DNA of 64,000 nt. Source: Ascoidea asiatica JCM 7603. Lineage: Eukaryota > Fungi > Ascomycota. Position numbers and translations under genes: made by a program. Shown here one piece after another: positions 58,797 to 64,000 of the stretch. The notes under the pieces were generated by a model. The model was given only the letters and a program-made list of their open reading frames with translations. It made no database searches and was not told the DNA's origin. Position 1 is the first letter of the stretch; every line of letters starts with the position of its first letter. Where the stretch lies: positions 827,184 to 891,183 of the forward strand of contig BCKQ01000002.1 of assembly GCA_001600695.1 (NCBI GenBank). Direction: 5' to 3'.

Positions 58797-59521
58797 ATTA
58801 ATAAAATAAGTTATAAATAAATGTAAATAGTTATTAATAGAAGATAATCAAATGAATTAACTAAAAAAGATAAAGAATAATGATAATAATGATTAAAAAA
58901 AAAGGAGAATTAAGAAAAAAAGAATAAGAATATTTGTTAAAAGAAAAGAAATAGTTAATAAATAGTGGTGTAAAAGATGAAAGTTTTCATATGAATAAAA
59001 AGATGAAGTAAATTTATATAAAGGAAAAAAAAAAAAACAGGTTTAATAAAAAGAAATAAGTAAGATAAAGTAATGAAGTGATTAATCAAGAAGAATAAAA
59101 GAATAAATATAATATAAAGTAAAGTAGAGTAAAGTAAATAGAATTTAGTAAATAAGCGCCAAATTGAAATGATTAAAATTATTGAAATAATGAAATAATG
59201 AAATAATTGAAATAAATAAATAAAATATTTGTAATAAAATTGTAAAAGTGAGAAGTTAGTTAAACGAGTAGTGTTATAAAGAAGATAAATAAAAACAAAT
59301 AAAGGTAAATATAAATATAAATATAAATATAAATATTGATTTTTTATTTTATATATTTATTCATTACCTATTTCAAAAGATGTTTATTATCATTGTCAGA
59401 TCTTACCACTAAACCACCATCTCTTTCTTCAAGTTTGGTGGAGTTGTTCAGTATTTATTGATTAATCACCATTTGATTCAAGTTCAATATTTGATTATTT
59501 CATTGATTTAATTTTCATGTT

Positions 59522-59564
59522 GTAAACAAATAAACAATAAACAATAAACAATAAACAATAAACA
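59522..59564. promoter_or_regulatory. Array of six forkhead (RTAAACA) sites upstream of cyclin copy A
   Basis: GTAAACA followed by five tandem ATAAACA. Confidence 0.55.
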
Positions 59565-59692
59565 TCAAAACACAAATAATTGTTCATTGTTATTATTATT
59601 TATTTATTTATTTATATATTTATTTATGTCTGTGGGATCAAATCTGATTTTTTTCGTTCTTTCAACGTGACCACAGGCCTGGTCCAAGAAAG

Positions 59693-59777
59693 TTTCGAGT
59701 TTTTTGGTGTTTTCGTGTTTGTTGATGTTTAAATATGTTTATTCGTGTTTATTCGAGTTTGTTTCGTGTTTACGCGT
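59693..59777. promoter_or_regulatory. SCB/MCB/forkhead cluster (G1/S-type UAS) upstream of cyclin copy A
   Basis: TTTCGTG (SCB) at 59711 and 59762; near-SCBs at 59693, 59741, 59751; ACGCGT (MCB) at 59772; TGTTTAY at 59736, 59746, 59767. Confidence 0.6.
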
Positions 59778-59877
59778 TGGGTTCCACAAAGGAGAGCCGT
59801 AGAAGTGGTCTCATTTCTTCAAAAAAAGGTATATCAACACCAATTAAATCTATAATATTTATTCAATCTAAATTTAT

Positions 59878-62013
59878 TTATTCAGAATCTGATCCATCTA
59901 AACCTTCAAATTTGTTTTCTTCTTCTGAACTAAGATACACAACTTCAGGACTTTCCTCATCATTTTCATTATTTTCTTTGTTTTCATCATTTAAAGACTC
60001 TTTTTCATCATCATCTTCTTCCTCTTTTTCAAGTACAGTATTTGAATTCAAATTATTTTCTTCTGATAAAGATTCTACATATGAACTACTTCTTGTACCA
60101 TTTGAATATATACTTGTAGATTCAGATTCTGAATTTGATGTACTTGAATCACTTAATACTATCGGTGATGATATTGGTGATGACCATATTTTCACTTCAT
60201 TCTCTTTTATCTTCACACTATCATTATCATTATCATTATCATTATCATTATCATTATCATTATCATTATCATTATCCGAGGATGACAAAGAAGAAGAACT
60301 ACTGAATGAACTATCAAATTCATCTTCATTATTTAAATTATTTTCATATTCTTTAAAAGGTAAATCTTCATTAATAATATCTTCAAAATTTTTATTATTA
60401 TTTAAAATTTTAAAATTTTTAATATAACTTCTAGTTAATATTGAAACTTTAAAGAAAAAATCATTTGAATATTTTAAAAATAATTCTTTTAAAATAATTT
60501 TTTTATTTAAAAATTTAACTAAAATTAAAATTATATTTTTAATTTCAATTAATTGATTTAATTTAAAAATTTTATTTGAATAATTGAATAAATTTTCTTT
60601 AAAATTAAAACTTTCATTATTACTATTATTATTATTATTATATAATATTTTAAATGATAAATAAAATGAAACTAAAGATAAATCCGAAGGTAAATTATTA
60701 ATTAAATTATTATTTAATAATAAAGTTTCATTTAAATAATTTATTAAAAAAATTTGTTTTTTATTTTTAATTTTATTTAAATTTAATAATCTTGAAGAAA
60801 AATCTAAAATTGTTGGGATTTTAAAAATATTAAAATTAAATAATTTTAAAATTTTTAATTCAAATTTTAAAATTTTTTTAATTGAATAAAAATTTAAAGT
60901 TTCATTATTAAAATTTTCAATACTTGGAAATAAATTTTCAAAAAATTTACAAGAAATAAATAATGAAGTTATACCTAATAATTGTAAATTTTTAATTTTA
61001 AAATTTTTATTTAAATTATAAATTGATAAATATTTATCAATTAAATTTATTGTTAAATATAAAGTTTGAGGAGATAAATTAAATTTTAAATGAATTTCAA
61101 TTAACCAATCATTTAATATTGATCTCATTTTATTATTTAAATTTTTATGTTTATTATAACAATTTAAATTTGGTAATGAATTTTTTGAATTGAATTGTAA
61201 TTTATATAAATAATTAAATAAATTTGAATTTGAATCATTATTTATAGATATATAATCAAAATAATAAGAATTATTTATAATATAATCAAGATAATCATCT
61301 CTTGTTAATTGATTTTTCTTTTCTATATAATTATCAATATGATGATAATTGTTTTCGTTATTGTTATTGTTAGTATTAGTATTATTATTATTAATTGAAT
61401 GAAGTTGAGGAATTGGATAAATTTTATCTTTTAATGGTGTTCTATTCTTAATATTATTTGTATTAATTGTATTAATTGGACTAATACTTTTATTTAATTT
61501 AAAGTTATTTTTAGTTAAACTTGAATTTGAATTTAATTTTGAATTTAATTTTTGTTTTTTAATTGAATTTTCAATATTTATATCATTATCATTATTAATA
61601 ATAGGAATGTTATTATTAATAGATAATTTTTTTTTTGAATTTGGAGTAATTAAAACATTAAATTTTCTTTTTTTTAAAATTGTTGGACTTGAATCTAAAT
61701 TTGAATTTAAAAATTTATTTATAATAATATTATCTTTCTCTTTATTATCTTTGTTATCTTTGATATTTTTGATATTATTATCATTATCTTTTAAAATAAT
61801 TAGAGATTTTGGACTTTTATTTATATTTTCAGTTAAATCAGATAATGCATTTCTTTTTAAATATTTATTTGGACTTTTTAAAGGATTTAAAAAATTAATT
61901 TTATTTTTACTATTATATATTTTATTTATATTATTTTCATCATTTATGTTACTTTTATTATTATTATTAATATTTGATAATTTTATAGGACTTTTTCTTC
62001 TTGGAGGAGTCAT
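59878..62013 (-). CDS. Divergent B-type cyclin, copy B, with acidic C-terminal extension
   Basis: D-box RNALSDLTEN; MRSILNDWLIEIHLKFNLSPQTLYLTINLIDK; LQLLGITSLFISCKF; LKYS..FFKVS. Confidence 0.88.
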   Translation of the reverse strand: MTPPRRKSPIKLSNINNNNKSNINDENNINKIYNSKNKINFLNPLKSPNKYLKRNALSDLTENINKSPKSLIILKDNDNNIKNIKDNKDNKEKDNIIINKFLNSNLDSSPTILKKRKFNVLITPNSKKKLSINNNIPIINNDNDINIENSIKKQKLNSKLNSNSSLTKNNFKLNKSISPINTINTNNIKNRTPLKDKIYPIPQLHSINNNNTNTNNNNNENNYHHIDNYIEKKNQLTRDDYLDYIINNSYYFDYISINNDSNSNLFNYLYKLQFNSKNSLPNLNCYNKHKNLNNKMRSILNDWLIEIHLKFNLSPQTLYLTINLIDKYLSIYNLNKNFKIKNLQLLGITSLFISCKFFENLFPSIENFNNETLNFYSIKKILKFELKILKLFNFNIFKIPTILDFSSRLLNLNKIKNKKQIFLINYLNETLLLNNNLINNLPSDLSLVSFYLSFKILYNNNNNSNNESFNFKENLFNYSNKIFKLNQLIEIKNIILILVKFLNKKIILKELFLKYSNDFFFKVSILTRSYIKNFKILNNNKNFEDIINEDLPFKEYENNLNNEDEFDSSFSSSSSLSSSDNDNDNDNDNDNDNDNDNDSVKIKENEVKIWSSPISSPIVLSDSSTSNSESESTSIYSNGTRSSSYVESLSEENNLNSNTVLEKEEEDDDEKESLNDENKENNENDEESPEVVYLSSEEENKFEGLDGSDSE

Positions 62014-62682
62014 TATTAATATACTTTTATATGAAATTGGTATGAATCTTTAAAGATAGTTAAGTAAGTGGATTGAATTCGAAAGCAAAAAAGGATAGGG
62101 AATATAATATAGTTGATTCAAACAAGCTTCAAATGATGATGGCTCTGATGCTTCTGGTGTTACTTCTGGTGTTACTTCTGATGGTGGTTCTAATGATGGT
62201 TGTGTTGGCGGTTGTGGTTCTGATTCTGGGGATTCTGAATGTGGTTGTTATAAAAGAATCTGAGACTGAAGAAATTGAATCTAAAGTGTGAAGCGATCCG
62301 AATTTGAATTGAACGCTGCTGGATTTGAGACTGAGCGTGAAACAGAACCAAAACAAATGAAAACAAAACAAAGAAGGAGCAGACGGCGCACGTGAAAGTA
62401 ATCAAATGACCGTGACAATAAAAAAGATATTGCACGCAGTACTGCGCAAACACCGCTTCTGTTGCAGTATGCACACGGTGTAGAATTGAACACGAATATA
62501 CTTTTGAATACATCTTTATCCTCGGCTGATTGGAGAGGGTTTGATTCGATTGATTTAGCCCCATTGGACCCGTACAAATGGCTACAGGGTTCACTGCGGC
62601 GTGTTTGGTCCTGACTGGTGGACAACGTTATTGGGCCATCTCTTGTTTTGGTGAGTATTTAACAAGGTCTGTATACAATTCT

Positions 62683-62715
62683 TTCTTCTTCTTCTTCTTC
62701 TTCTTCTTCTTCTTC
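62683..62715. repeat. (CTT)~11 microsatellite
   Basis: Read directly from the sequence. Confidence 0.9.
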
Positions 62716-62866
62716 CTTGTTTTTCATTCTGTCTTTGTTGATCCTTTTAATCCTTCTGCTTTTGTTGTTTTTGTTGTTTCTGCTGCTTTTGGTGATCAGC
62801 GTTTAATTATCCCGCCTTTTCTAATTCTGATTTGTATTTTGTCTTGTTTTCTTCTGGTTTAAAATT

Positions 62867-64000
62867 ATGTCCTTACAGAATTCAAATAATTTGAATAGAA
62901 ATAAAATCAATGATAATAATCGAATTTCAAATCCAAGTATTAAAAAAGGTAGAAATATTGTAATTTGTTTGGATGGAACTGATAATAAATTTGGTCCTGC
63001 TCCTTTCACAAATGTTCTTAAATTATTTAGATTATTAGAAAAAGATGAAGAAAATCAATTATGTTATTATAGACGTATTTATCACCTTTTTTTTTTTTTC
63101 ATTTTAACTTATGTCTTTATTCAATTGAATAAAATAACATGTTTATTAACTAATTAATTAATTCAATTCAATTTAATTCATAAAATTAAGCTGGTATTGG
63201 AGTTTCATTAAGCGCTGAATCAAATTCTCGTATAAATTTAAATAAATTTCATTCAATTTATTCAAAATTAGATTCAATGTTTGCATTTACTTTAGATTAT
63301 CAAATTAAAGAAATTTATAAATTTTTAATATCTTCATATGAAAAAAATGATAAAATTTTCATTTTTGGTTTTTCAAGAGGTGCATTCACAGCAAGAGTTT
63401 TATCTGGAATGATTGAAAGAATTGGTTTATTAAATAAAGGTTCTGAACATTTAATAGATTTAGCTTATAATTCATATATATCTTGGGAATATTATGGTCA
63501 ACAAAAAAAACCAGATTTAACTTTAATTTTAATTAATGAATTTAAAAAAACTTTTTCAAGATTAAATGTTAAAATTCATTTCTTAGGTTTATGGGATTCA
63601 ATAAATTCTGTTGGAATTCTTAGAGATAGATTATTTCCATATGATTTAAGATCAAATATTATTAAACATATTAGACATGCTGTAAGTATTGATGAAAAAA
63701 GAGGTAAATTTAAACAAAATACTTTTCAAGATCAAAATCAAATTATTCCAAATATTCCTGATGATAATGATAATGATAATGATAATGATAGTCAAAATAA
63801 TTGTATTTCAAATTCTTCTGATAGTTCAAATAATTGGCATAATACTTTCCTTCAAAATGAAAATGAAAATGAAAATGAAGATAATAATGACTCAATTATT
63901 CCATTAGTACAAAATCATTTAAATTCAATTCATTCATTAAATTCAAATTCAAATTCAAATTCAACTTCAAATTTTAATAATAATGATTTTAATAATAGTG
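62867..64000 (+). CDS. DUF2235 (Tle1-like alpha/beta hydrolase, YEL023C-like); exons 62867-63074 and 63191->64000; 3' truncated by the window end
   Basis: RNIVICLDGT..TNVLKLF..QLCYYR/PGIG after splicing; FGFSRGAFTARVL, FLGLWDSINSVG, RHAVSIDEKR. Confidence 0.9.
63075..63190 (+). other. Spliceosomal intron (116 nt) with non-consensus signals
   Basis: GTATTT donor, TATTAAC branch (63144-63150), AAG acceptor. Removal restores the conserved YxPGIG in frame. Confidence 0.82.

Noticed and set aside
40915-61700. Antisense or shifted-frame ORFs inside real genes (e.g. 41362, 44023, 54735, 56872, 59735, 61607; also 11891, 18136, 26903)
   Set aside because: Shadows of low-complexity codon runs in the real genes.
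62073-62862. Several short ORFs and a PEST-like reading (SESPESEPQPP..) upstream of cyclin B
   Set aside because: Degenerate trinucleotide repeats in a GC-rich promoter; the PEST-like frame has an upstream stop and no ATG.
1-64000. CRISPR arrays, LTR or DNA transposons, rRNA, tRNA
   Set aside because: No spacer-repeat arrays, LTR pairs, transposase/RT motifs or RNA-gene signatures seen by eye; tRNAscan-SE and Infernal would be needed to exclude small RNAs.

Overview
AT-rich (roughly 20-25% GC by eye) budding-yeast (Saccharomycotina) chromosomal segment with about 24 protein genes. CUG appears to be read as Leu. I saw no rRNA, tRNA, CRISPR array or transposon. Genes in order: partial F-BAR/DEP Rgd2/Rgd3-like gene, Kre1-like GPI protein, DAP2/STE13-type dipeptidyl peptidase, a degenerate RNase III (Rnt1/Dicer)-like protein, KAP120, a small dsRBD+membrane-tail ORF, VPS1, FRQ1, COQ7, CIP1-like reductase, PEX29-like, Flc/TRP-like, a Rieske oxygenase-like protein, RRD2, VMA22, PLB, BUD22, OAR1, a Usp-domain protein, CGI121, AMD1, a 3-exon Cha4/Tea1-like Zn2Cys6 factor, two tandem divergent B-type cyclins, and a partial intron-containing DUF2235 gene. 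Main findings: (1) a probably catalytically dead RNase III with up to three dsRBD-like domains, carrying the classic bind-but-not-cleave E->K change, plus a nearby paralogous dsRBD fused to a hydrophobic tail; (2) tandem B-type cyclins with long acidic tails sharing a SIM-like motif, one preceded by a dense SCB/MCB/forkhead array; (3) a Rieske oxygenase that lost its mononuclear iron ligands. All homology calls come from recalled family motifs, not database searches.
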